From: an uncultured virus (IMG/VR IMGVR_UViG_3300017963_000244)
Taxonomy: Duplodnaviria; Heunggongvirae; Uroviricota; Caudoviricetes
Length of the DNA: 64,000 nt
Strand: one strand, 5' to 3'
Virus record (IMG/VR): IMGVR_UViG_3300017963_000244
Coordinates: 1 to 64,000 of that record
Shown: positions 44,348 to 53,125 of the stretch, one piece after another
Layout of the letters: every line of letters begins with the position of its first letter
Numbering within the stretch: the stretch's first letter is position 1
Made by a program: the position numbers and the translations under genes
The notes under the pieces: generated by a model
Databases searched by the model: none
What the model was told of the DNA's origin: nothing
What the model saw: only the letters and a program-made list of their open reading frames with translations

Positions 44348-47077
44348 GTGTCCATGACGTGCGTGAACAGCGGCAAGGAACCGTGGGCCAGCAAGGCTAA
44401 TCCCCTGGAGCCGGCCTCGTGCGACGACGGTGACACGCCGCCCGACACGCCGCCGTGTCCCGATCCGTCGCCCAGTCCGGGTCCCTTCGGACCGGGCTGC
44501 GTGGGTTGGGAAGTTGGTCCCAACGAGTGCCCGGTTCCGCCGACCAACGTCCAGGTCGTGAGCCCGCTGTTCGCGGGAACCCTCGACGTCCGGTGGGATG
44601 ATCCCGCGATCCTGGCCAAGAACGGCAAGTTCAACGTGGTCGGGGTGAACGTCTACCGGAGCGACTCCTCCGAGCGAGGTCCCTACGCGCGCCTGAACAG
44701 GACGCCCGTCGGGGGCCTGTTCTACCGAGACTTCACGGACAACGTCCTGGTCGAGGACGAGGTGGTCGACTGGGACACGAGCTGGCTCTCGAGGGGGGAA
44801 CAGTCGAACGACCGCAAGTGGGTCTTCAGGACTAGCCGCTACCCCATCGTGAAGAAGTCGGGGCAGGCCATCGCGGCCGACAGCCCGATGGACGTGCGCC
44901 TCGTGATCGACGGGCAGATCGTTCCGGTCCAGGCCGTGTTCGGACCGACGGGAGAGGTGACGCTCATCAACGTGCGGGGCTACAACTTCGCCACGGAGCG
45001 CTGGATCGAGCCGACCCTGCCGACGGGGCCCGAGACGGCGGTGTCGCTCAGCTACTGCTACAACGCCAACGCGATCCGCACGAGCCTGGACAGGAAGATC
45101 TGGTATCGGGTCACGACGGTCGCCGCCGATCCGAGCTCTCCGACGGGCTTCCGCGAGACGCCGCTCGACTTCGCCGAGCCCGCGACGCACAGGGCGGTCG
45201 AGTCCCTAGACTACATGTGGCGAGAGGCGATCAGGCGCAACAACTGGGTGCTCGAGCAGGGCGGCGAGCGCGTCAAGATCTTCGTCAAGAAGACCTCGGG
45301 CGAGCAGTGCTTCTGCGGGCGCGACCCGCGGGCCATGGAATACGCGCAGCACCCGAGCGCGCGCTGCGAGACCTGCTTCCCGCTTGGCACCGAGGTCATG
45401 ATGGGAGACTTTACCCGCAAACCCATTGAGGAGGTGCAAGTCGGAGACGAAGTTCTGACCCACGCAGGTAAAGTCCGCCGCGTCTACGAGACGATGAGCC
45501 GTCCGGTTCGAGAGTGCCTCATCGACATCCAAGCGACCCACGGTGTGGGGTTCTCTCCGACCGGGAATCATCCGGTGCTCATTGTCAGACGTGAGGACGC
45601 GCGCTGCGTCAGGAACAAGAGGAGCTTGTGCACGGGGCCGGAGAGCAAAGTCATCTGCACCCGCAAGTCTTGGGCGGATCCTTGCCAACGAGACGTGCAG
45701 CAACATGCCCAGTGGGTGAGGGCTGACGAGGTCCGCGAAGGAGACTATCTCGTGTTCTGCCTGCCGAGCGACGAACTTTTCACGAACGGGATGAGTCGTG
45801 ACCGGCTGCGTGTGCTCGGGTACTACGCGGCCGAAGGAAACACGGCCAAGAAGCAGCGCAAGGATGATGGGTCGACGACCCCGGACGACAAGACGACCGT
45901 CTTCGGATTCCACGTTGATGAGATTCCGTCGTTCGTGACCGAGCTTCAAGAATGTTTGCGGGATGAGTACGGGGCCTCCTCTTCTGTTCAGCCGTGCAGC
46001 AACACCGAGAACGGCTGCGCCTTGGTCGTGAGTCGTCAGGCCGTGGCTAAGGACATATTGGCTCACGTTGGGAAGTACAGTGTGGCCAAGCGACTCAGCC
46101 GAAATCTCGCGTGGCAGCGTCCAGAGATGGCGCGCGAGTTCCTGGGCGCCTATTTCAACGGGGATGGCTGGCAGTGTCTGAACGAGTCCAGGACGCACCT
46201 TGGAGTGAGTAGCGCTTCGTACGCCATGGCGCGGCAGGTGGAGGTCATGCTTCTCCGACAAGGAATAGTTCCGAGGTTCGACTCTCGGTATCGCACGGGG
46301 GTTGCGAATCCGGGCCGTCCGGGCACGCACGAGACGACGGAGCACACGGTGGCTGTTCGCAAGACAGACATGCACGTGCTTGCCAGTACGATGCAGAAGA
46401 TGACCGACGTGCCTTCGGAGAGGCGCCGAGGAGGATGGGCTGTCAGTGCAGGTCGTCTCGTTCTCTATCCCGTCCGCAGCGTTCGTCACATCCCGTACGA
46501 GGGCTCCGTCTACAATCTTGAAGTCGAGGAGGACCATTCCTACGTGGCCAACGGGGCGGTTGCCCACAACTGTTTTGGAACGGGTTTTATCGGTGGGTTT
46601 GAAGGGCCCTACGACGCCATCGTCGCCCCCGACGACGCCGACCGTGCCGTGCGCCAGACGCCGAACGGGCGCTACCTCGAACACATGCAGGACGTGTGGA
46701 CGGGCCCGAGCCCGATGCTCACGCAGAGAGACTTCATCGTCAAGCAGACGAACGAGCGCTACAGCATCGGTCCCGTGCGGAAGCCGAGCAACCGGGGCAA
46801 CGTCCTCCAGCAGCACTTCCAGATCCGGTACCTCGACGAGCAGGACATCCGGTACAGGGTGCCCCTGTTCGACACCACCGAGCTGTGCTGGCCCGAGACC
46901 CGCGAGCGTCCGGCCGTCCTGCAGCGGGGCGCGTGGGAGACGGAGTATCCGCCCGAGGGTCCGCACCCCGTGGGCGCCGACTACCAGCAGACTCCGATGG
47001 AGACCGAGAAGGAGAACGTCCCTGACGAGCGCGAGCAGAGAGGCCGGACGCCGGTCTGGTCCAACATATCGTACTGA
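44348..47077 (+). CDS. Putative head-closure/neck-like protein with CxC..CxxCxGxG zinc motif, interrupted by an intein
   Basis: FN3-like N-terminal region; CFC...RCET-[intein]-CFGTGFIGGF. Confidence 0.7.
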   Translation: MSMTCVNSGKEPWASKANPLEPASCDDGDTPPDTPPCPDPSPSPGPFGPGCVGWEVGPNECPVPPTNVQVVSPLFAGTLDVRWDDPAILAKNGKFNVVGVNVYRSDSSERGPYARLNRTPVGGLFYRDFTDNVLVEDEVVDWDTSWLSRGEQSNDRKWVFRTSRYPIVKKSGQAIAADSPMDVRLVIDGQIVPVQAVFGPTGEVTLINVRGYNFATERWIEPTLPTGPETAVSLSYCYNANAIRTSLDRKIWYRVTTVAADPSSPTGFRETPLDFAEPATHRAVESLDYMWREAIRRNNWVLEQGGERVKIFVKKTSGEQCFCGRDPRAMEYAQHPSARCETCFPLGTEVMMGDFTRKPIEEVQVGDEVLTHAGKVRRVYETMSRPVRECLIDIQATHGVGFSPTGNHPVLIVRREDARCVRNKRSLCTGPESKVICTRKSWADPCQRDVQQHAQWVRADEVREGDYLVFCLPSDELFTNGMSRDRLRVLGYYAAEGNTAKKQRKDDGSTTPDDKTTVFGFHVDEIPSFVTELQECLRDEYGASSSVQPCSNTENGCALVVSRQAVAKDILAHVGKYSVAKRLSRNLAWQRPEMAREFLGAYFNGDGWQCLNESRTHLGVSSASYAMARQVEVMLLRQGIVPRFDSRYRTGVANPGRPGTHETTEHTVAVRKTDMHVLASTMQKMTDVPSERRRGGWAVSAGRLVLYPVRSVRHIPYEGSVYNLEVEEDHSYVANGAVAHNCFGTGFIGGFEGPYDAIVAPDDADRAVRQTPNGRYLEHMQDVWTGPSPMLTQRDFIVKQTNERYSIGPVRKPSNRGNVLQQHFQIRYLDEQDIRYRVPLFDTTELCWPETRERPAVLQRGAWETEYPPEGPHPVGADYQQTPMETEKENVPDEREQRGRTPVWSNISY
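45374..46570 (+). mobile_element. Contiguous 399-aa intein with LAGLIDADG homing endonuclease
   Basis: CFPLGTEV start; SPTGNHPV block B; LGYYAAEG and FLGAYFNGDG; VYNLEV..SYVANGAVAHN/C end. Confidence 0.92.
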
Positions 47078-47093
47078 TCCGAGGACCTGATCG

Positions 47094-47627
47094 ATGCTCG
47101 GGATCAAGATCAGGACGACGCGCGGCAAGACCTGGACGAACGTCGCGTCGGAGGACTTCATCACGCGGAAGTTCCTGCAGAAGGTCGGCAGGCTCTTCGT
47201 GAAGTCCATCGTGTACGAGGCCCGCAAGGACTTCGCCAAGCAGGGGGGCTCGCGGACGCCGACGGGACAACCCGAGGGGATTCCGGCCGACGAGGCTTTC
47301 TACAAGTCGTTCAAGTTCAGGACCACGGAGAAGACCGTCGAGATCTACTGCTCGTGGCCCCAGATCGAGCAGATCACCGAGGGCAGGCGCCCGTACCCGA
47401 TGGACTGGCTCACGCAGCAGGCCGGGATCTCCCGCGTGCCCATGAAGGGCCCGGGCGGTACAGTGCTGATCAAGACTACCCCCGCCAGCTCCGAGGACGC
47501 CTGGATCCATCCGGGCTTCCGCAAGAACAACTTCCTTCGTCGGGGGTATGAGCGGGCACGGCGCGAGATGGACACGATGCTCCAGCAGCAGATAGTCGAG
47601 ACCCTGAAGAAGCTGCCCCTTGCATGA
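47094..47627 (+). CDS. Putative tail-completion/neck protein (HK97 gp10-like C-terminal motif)
   Basis: WIHPGF..NFLRRG motif. Confidence 0.45.
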   Translation: MLGIKIRTTRGKTWTNVASEDFITRKFLQKVGRLFVKSIVYEARKDFAKQGGSRTPTGQPEGIPADEAFYKSFKFRTTEKTVEIYCSWPQIEQITEGRRPYPMDWLTQQAGISRVPMKGPGGTVLIKTTPASSEDAWIHPGFRKNNFLRRGYERARREMDTMLQQQIVETLKKLPLA

Positions 47628-48328
47628 TCGAGGCCCACATCATCTGCTGTCGGAAGTGCGAGATCCGAGACCTCGGGCTCACGATGCTGCCCGGTCAGGA
47701 GCAGTGGGTCTCGGAGGTCGTCGCGGGGAACTCCGAGGACCTCCGCGCGGAGCAGCGCAAGGGGAACGTCCGCGTCTACCGGAGGACGCGGCCCGTGAAT
47801 AGGGAGCCGAAGCGTCCTCCCCCTCCGTTCGTCGTGCGCTCTCGACCCCAGGTTCGGGAGCGCGAGGAGCCTAGGGTCATCCAGAAGGTCATCGAGAAGG
47901 TCGTGGAGGTCGTCGAGACCAAGGTCGACACCGAGGAGGTCGCGCGCCAGGTGCGAGGAGCCCTGCTGGGGGACATGAGGGAGATAATCGCGGAGGAGAT
48001 GAGCAGGCTGCTCGAGGCCCAGGCGACGCCCCAAAGGGCCCAGGCGACGCCCCCGACGGTCGACGCGGCCGCCCTGGAAAGCGCCCTGGAGGCGGTCTTG
48101 GGGCGCCTGGCGGGTGCTGTGGCGCTTCCGGTCGCTCGGACGGCTCCTCCGTCTCCCGACAGGCCCCTCTACCTGCCCGAGAACCTGGTCGACAAGGACG
48201 CCAAGGTCAGGATCAGGGTGAGCGAGCGTGCTCAGGACGAGGGCGCCGACCTCGACGACGCCGCCGACGCGCTCCGAAAGTTCAAGAAGCGCCACGCGGG
48301 TAAAACGAAGGAGAGCGAGGAGAGCTGA
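47624..48328 (+). CDS. Hypothetical protein
   Basis: Coupled ATGA start; typical codon usage. Confidence 0.65.
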   Translation: MIEAHIICCRKCEIRDLGLTMLPGQEQWVSEVVAGNSEDLRAEQRKGNVRVYRRTRPVNREPKRPPPPFVVRSRPQVREREEPRVIQKVIEKVVEVVETKVDTEEVARQVRGALLGDMREIIAEEMSRLLEAQATPQRAQATPPTVDAAALESALEAVLGRLAGAVALPVARTAPPSPDRPLYLPENLVDKDAKVRIRVSERAQDEGADLDDAADALRKFKKRHAGKTKESEES

Positions 48329-48332
48329 GACG

Positions 48333-49340
48333 ATGACCGAACGTGAAACTCCGATCCACGGCGTCGGGCTAGATTGCGGGACCATGAACCTCGTCGCGGC
48401 CAGGCGGAGCAAGGAGGGCGTCGTGACGACCCGCATCAGGGACGCCTTCCTCGACCTCCCCCGGGAGCACAAGAAGATGCTCCGGCTCTCCAACGTGAAC
48501 TACGTCGAGAAGGGGGAGGACCTGGTAATCGTCGGGGACGCCGCCTACGAGATGGCCAACGTCCTCGGAAAGGAGGTGAGGCGTCCGCTGCATTCCGGGG
48601 TCGTCTCTCCACAGGAGATGGAGGCCCTCGAGATCCTCGCCATCCTGATCCGACACGTCCTCAAGGAACCGGTCCAGGAGGATGAGATCTGCTACTTCTC
48701 CGTCCCTGCTCCTCCCGTGGATCAGCCGGGGAGGGACGTGATCTACCACCGCGGCATCCTGGAACGCATCATCACGGAGTGCGGCTACCAGGCTCACGCC
48801 TCGAGCGAGGCGCTGGCCATCATCTACTCCGAGTGCGCACAGGACCAGTTCAGCGGCATCGGCATCTCCTTCGGCAGCGGCCTGTCGAACGTCACGCTCG
48901 CCATCAACACGGTCGAGGGGCTCAGCTTCTCGGTCGCCAGGGCGGGCGACTGGCTCGATCGCGGCGCGGCCAGCAGCACGGACCTCACGCGGGCTCGGAT
49001 GTGCACTCTCAAGGAGAAGGGCCTCAACCTGATGCAACCCGGAGGACGCGAGGAGGAGGCGCTGTGCGTCTACTACAAGTCCCTCGTCGAGTACGTGCTC
49101 GACCACATCGCGAGCGAGTTCGACAAGATCAAGGGTCGCTTCGCGCTGCCCCACCCGATCCCCATCGTGGTCTCGGGAGGCACGAGCAAGGCCGGGGGTT
49201 TCCTCGAGTTCTTCACGCGGGTCTTCGAGGAGAAGCGCCGGAAGTTCCCCATCGAGGTCAGCGAGGTCCGGGCCGCGAAGGAGCCGCTCGACGCCGTCGC
49301 CAGGGGGCTGCTCGTCCAGGCCCTCCAGGAATATGAGTAG
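48333..49340 (+). CDS. Actin-fold ATPase (MreB/FtsA/ParM-like)
   Basis: Phosphate 1 VGLDCGT; connect SEALA; phosphate 2 GISFGSG; adenosine VVSGGTS; P.DAVARG. Confidence 0.8.
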   Translation: MTERETPIHGVGLDCGTMNLVAARRSKEGVVTTRIRDAFLDLPREHKKMLRLSNVNYVEKGEDLVIVGDAAYEMANVLGKEVRRPLHSGVVSPQEMEALEILAILIRHVLKEPVQEDEICYFSVPAPPVDQPGRDVIYHRGILERIITECGYQAHASSEALAIIYSECAQDQFSGIGISFGSGLSNVTLAINTVEGLSFSVARAGDWLDRGAASSTDLTRARMCTLKEKGLNLMQPGGREEEALCVYYKSLVEYVLDHIASEFDKIKGRFALPHPIPIVVSGGTSKAGGFLEFFTRVFEEKRRKFPIEVSEVRAAKEPLDAVARGLLVQALQEYE

Positions 49341-50388
49341 GTCCGACGGCCTGTCGCTCTGGACGGGGACGAGGACCGACCTGTCGTGCGTCCCCGAGCG
49401 GCTCGAGGAGTACCAGCCCGTCGTCAGCTTCAGCGGCGGCAAGGACTCGGTCGCGACCACCCTCGCGCTGCGAGAGCACGAGATCGAGGCGCGGCACGTC
49501 TTCGCCGACACGGGCTGGGAGTCCGAGCAGACCACCGACTACGTCCGGGAGATCGGCCAGAAGCTCGGCATCCCGATAGAGGTCGTCGAGACGACGCCGC
49601 CCGAGCTCGAGCCGTGGGTCGAGGAGCTCGTCGCCGAGGCCGAGAAGCGCCTCGGTCGAAGGTTCGGCGCGCTCCCGAGGGGGATGCTGCACCGGGGAGG
49701 GACGCCGCTGAGGATCGGCCGGTGGTGCACCATCGAGTACAAGCTGCGCCCTATCAAGGCGTACCACGAACGCGTGAGCGACGAGACGGGACTAGACGTG
49801 GTCAACGTCGTGGGCGTCCGGGCCGAGGAGAGCCTGTCTAGGGCCCGGAGGGAGACGTGGTACCTCGACCGGCAGTGGGACGGCTACATGTGGCTGCCCA
49901 TCCACCACTGGCGCACGGACGACGTCCTCCGCATCCACCAGAGGCACGGCATTCCCGTCAATCCCCTCTACAGGAAGGGCCACGACCGCGTCGGCTGCTA
50001 CCCGTGCATCCTCGCGCGGAAGGACGAGATCCGCCTCATCGCTCAGCTTGAGCCCGGGCGCATCGAGATGGTGCGCGAGCTCGAGCAGCTGTTCGAGAAG
50101 ATCAGGACGCGCCGTAACAGGGAGCGGCCTGGGCGCTACGGCAAGGAGGATCCCGGTTTCTTCGAGGCCGTGATCGAGCGCGGCAACTCCACGGTCCCCG
50201 CGAAGATCGACGACGTGGTGGACTGGGCGCGTACGGGACACGGCCGCAGGGTGAGGCTCACCGAGGTCCCGCCGGGCGGCGGCTGCTTCCGGTGGGGACT
50301 GTGCGAGACGGTGGAGAGGCCCGACGATTCCGACCGGGAGTCCATCGCTGCCGTCCTGAACGAGGCCCTGGGCACCTCGAGCGAATGA
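49333..50388 (+). CDS. PAPS reductase family protein
   Basis: SFSGGKDS, FADTGWE, RWCT..YKL.P, GVRAEES..R, NPLY..G.DRVGCYPC. Confidence 0.85.
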   Translation: MSRSDGLSLWTGTRTDLSCVPERLEEYQPVVSFSGGKDSVATTLALREHEIEARHVFADTGWESEQTTDYVREIGQKLGIPIEVVETTPPELEPWVEELVAEAEKRLGRRFGALPRGMLHRGGTPLRIGRWCTIEYKLRPIKAYHERVSDETGLDVVNVVGVRAEESLSRARRETWYLDRQWDGYMWLPIHHWRTDDVLRIHQRHGIPVNPLYRKGHDRVGCYPCILARKDEIRLIAQLEPGRIEMVRELEQLFEKIRTRRNRERPGRYGKEDPGFFEAVIERGNSTVPAKIDDVVDWARTGHGRRVRLTEVPPGGGCFRWGLCETVERPDDSDRESIAAVLNEALGTSSE

Positions 50389-50397
50389 TTCTCCTAT
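50383..50397 (+). promoter_or_regulatory. Promoter-like motif (GAAT-N8-TAT variant)
   Basis: Recurring motif, upstream of 50440. Confidence 0.45.
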
Positions 50398-50439
50398 CGG
50401 GCGCCCCTCGGTAGGATCTTGATCAGGAGGCCCCGCGCT

Positions 50440-50898
50440 GTGACCCTCGAGGAACGCGTCCGCGCCGTCAAGGCGAAGTTTGAAGAAGCGGCCGACGAGC
50501 TGCTCGCACTCGTCTCCGAGAGTCCGAGCCAGGTCTCGGACATCATGCGGATCGCGCGGCCGAGCACGGAGGACGGGCCCTCCTTCTCGGTCAGCAGCGA
50601 GCTCGTGGAGCGGCTGCAAGTGGAGGGCCACCCTCCCAGCGAGGACCGTCTCTCGCTTCCGTGGGAGGGTCGCTTTCTCCAGGTCTCGTCTCGCAGCGTC
50701 CGACACGAGAAGGAGCCCGTAGACGTCCTCATCCCGGAGGGAGAGGTCTTCGTCCTGGTCAACGTCTGGCCCGAGAACCCGGCGCGCACCCAGGCGTTTC
50801 GCGAGCTGAACGCGGGAGCCGGGGGGCCCGAGGAGATTCAGCGGCGTCTGGCCGAGATCAGCGAGGCTGAAGAGGCTGGTCCATGTACTACTTCCTGA
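50440..50898 (+). CDS. Hypothetical protein
   Basis: AGGAGG RBS before GTG 50440. Confidence 0.55.
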   Translation: MTLEERVRAVKAKFEEAADELLALVSESPSQVSDIMRIARPSTEDGPSFSVSSELVERLQVEGHPPSEDRLSLPWEGRFLQVSSRSVRHEKEPVDVLIPEGEVFVLVNVWPENPARTQAFRELNAGAGGPEEIQRRLAEISEAEEAGPCTTS

Positions 50899-52142
50899 CG
50901 GGTCAGCTCCAGCGCAAGTTCATCCACGAGCTTCGGCGCTACTGGCGGTACCACCCCAAGTACTCGGACATCGTCGAGCACATTCAGGGGAAGTACTCGC
51001 ACCGGGAGCGGCCGCAGTACGGCATCGTCCTGAAGAACAGTTCGGGCAACCAGGTTCAGCTGGCGGCGGACAACTTCCAGGGGTACGTCCACTCCTACGT
51101 CTACCTGGCGCACGTGGAGGGGAGACCGAACCTGTCCGTGGAGTGGGTGCGCGAGGACATGATCGCCATCCAGGACAACGGCGGCATGTTCCCGTCGCCT
51201 CCCGGCATCTACTACCTCGACTTCTGCGACGCGAACGGGAACCCCACGGACGAGACGTTCTACGTCGACCCGCTCCTCGACGTGATCGACGAGACCGTCC
51301 TCAAGATCAACGACACCCAGTACCAGCTCGAGGAGGGCAAGTTCCTCGCCGGAACGCTCAGACTCTACCGGATGCCGGGCAACATCAGGCTCTACGACGG
51401 CACGAACTACACGGCCGTCCCGGAGACGGGTGTCGTCACGCTGATCGACACCCTGACCGACGACGAGTTCCTCTCGGCCGACTACCGCTGTCCCGCCGAG
51501 AGCACGGGACCATGGGTCGTGCGGGAGGAGTACGCCCTGCGCGAGCCCATCCCGGGCTGCGTCCTGGCCTTCGGACGCCGCGTCACTCCCGGCGACCGGC
51601 TCGCCGTGGTCGTCCAGCAGAGGCGCACCATCGCCGCCCTCGAGTACGGGGGGCGCTGGGACCTCTCGCTCGACGTGGACGTCATCGCCCGGGACCCGGA
51701 CTCGCAACGTGAAATTCTCGATCAGACCTCCCTGTACCTCTGGTCTACGGCGCGGCCGAGGCTCTCGAGCCAGGGCATCGAGATCTCGGCCGTGACCATG
51801 GGAGGCGAGACCGAGGAGACCTACGATGACGTGGCGGACGACTGGTTCTACAATGCCAGCTTCAGCATCCAGGTCCAGACCGACTGGATGATCCACGTTC
51901 CGCTCGGCATCTGCATCCGGGCCATCGAGCCCGGCAGCGGGGAGGCCATCGTGCCCGGAACTGCTCCCCTCGTGGCCCCGTTCGTCGAGCAGATCGCGGG
52001 CCTAACGGACGAGCAGATCGCCCAGATCCAGGCCAACTTCCGCAAGATGGCCGACCTCGGATTGCGGGCTCCATGGGATCCGTGGTTCGTGGGCAAGGAG
52101 GGCCACCCGGGCGTCTACGGCACGGGTCCGATGCTCCGTTAA
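50883..52142 (+). CDS. Putative tail-terminator/structural protein
   Basis: Position before the sheath gene; LSLDVDVIARD...REILD and FYNASFSIQVQTDW beta pattern. Confidence 0.5.
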   Translation: MYYFLTGQLQRKFIHELRRYWRYHPKYSDIVEHIQGKYSHRERPQYGIVLKNSSGNQVQLAADNFQGYVHSYVYLAHVEGRPNLSVEWVREDMIAIQDNGGMFPSPPGIYYLDFCDANGNPTDETFYVDPLLDVIDETVLKINDTQYQLEEGKFLAGTLRLYRMPGNIRLYDGTNYTAVPETGVVTLIDTLTDDEFLSADYRCPAESTGPWVVREEYALREPIPGCVLAFGRRVTPGDRLAVVVQQRRTIAALEYGGRWDLSLDVDVIARDPDSQREILDQTSLYLWSTARPRLSSQGIEISAVTMGGETEETYDDVADDWFYNASFSIQVQTDWMIHVPLGICIRAIEPGSGEAIVPGTAPLVAPFVEQIAGLTDEQIAQIQANFRKMADLGLRAPWDPWFVGKEGHPGVYGTGPMLR

Positions 52143-52151
52143 TGGGCCTAT
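52137..52151 (+). promoter_or_regulatory. Promoter-like motif CGTT-N8-TAT
   Basis: Recurring motif, upstream of 52183. Confidence 0.55.
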
Positions 52152-52182
52152 GTAGGTCCCGATATAGACGGAGCACGCGCGC

Positions 52183-52689
52183 TTGCCGATTTTCCAGTAT
52201 CAGTGCCCGAGCTGCGCCCTGCGGTTCGGATCCATGCAGCCTCGGGAGGGGGTGCGCGACTCCCTTCCCTGCAGGCGCTGCGGCAGACCTGCGACTCGGC
52301 AGCTCAGCGCGTCGAAGTTCAAGTTCGGCCACCGACCCGACGGGCCTCGCCCCCAGAACACGGGCGCGAGCTCGGTCGACCACGACGTGGACGTGATCAT
52401 CGGCCGGAGCGCGAAGCAGAACCTCCGCGAGTTCCAGAAACGCCAGGACCACAAGCGTCGCGTGATCGCCGCCAACGGCACCGCGGGCGACAACCTCAGT
52501 CGGCTCGACGACGGCGACTACTTCGTCATGACCGAGCAGCAGAGGATCGCGGCGAAGAAGGCGCGCCTCTACAACCAGGAGGCGATGAGACGGATCGTCG
52601 AGTACCGAAAGGAGCGACGCGCGTACGGCGGCCAGCCCGAACGCGTCCTCACCAGCGTCCACGAGATTCCCGACGAGGCTGCTTCCTGA
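52183..52689 (+). CDS. FmdB-family zinc-ribbon protein
   Basis: MPIFQYQCPSC...LPCRRCG..ATRQLS. Confidence 0.75.
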   Translation: MPIFQYQCPSCALRFGSMQPREGVRDSLPCRRCGRPATRQLSASKFKFGHRPDGPRPQNTGASSVDHDVDVIIGRSAKQNLREFQKRQDHKRRVIAANGTAGDNLSRLDDGDYFVMTEQQRIAAKKARLYNQEAMRRIVEYRKERRAYGGQPERVLTSVHEIPDEAAS

Positions 52690-53125
52690 GGAAGCGGTCG
52701 CGAACCCCGGCCTCCCTCGGGAGGACCCAGACGAACAGACAGACGGATCAGATGGAGACGAATCCCGCCTAGCGGACGAGACAGACTCCCCTCCCTCGGG
52801 AGGCGGTCAGACGGAAACCGACGGAACGAATGCGGACCTGAACGCGATGTGAATGTCAGCCCGCGCTGAGCGGGCAAACCGCGACTGCAACCAGGGCCTC
52901 GAGCTCCACAGGAGTTGTGCGCCCTGAAGGCTCGGAGAGGCTACCTCTCGTTGACTCTTTCCATTCAGACATCCCCTGCGACCTGGCAGGGCGCCGCTGA
53001 TCGCGGCATCGGACTCGTGATGGCTCGAGCCCGACGTTCGGTGACGAGCGGGCGAGCCGTCCGTACAGGTTCCACGTTCACCAGAGACAACCGGGTTCCG
53101 CAGGAGCCCGCAAGGGGTTGAAACC
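52690..53125 (+). ncRNA. Candidate structured non-coding RNA or leader
   Basis: Long intergenic gap with many short inverted repeats and a duplicated CCTCCCTCGGGAGG hairpin. Confidence 0.35.
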
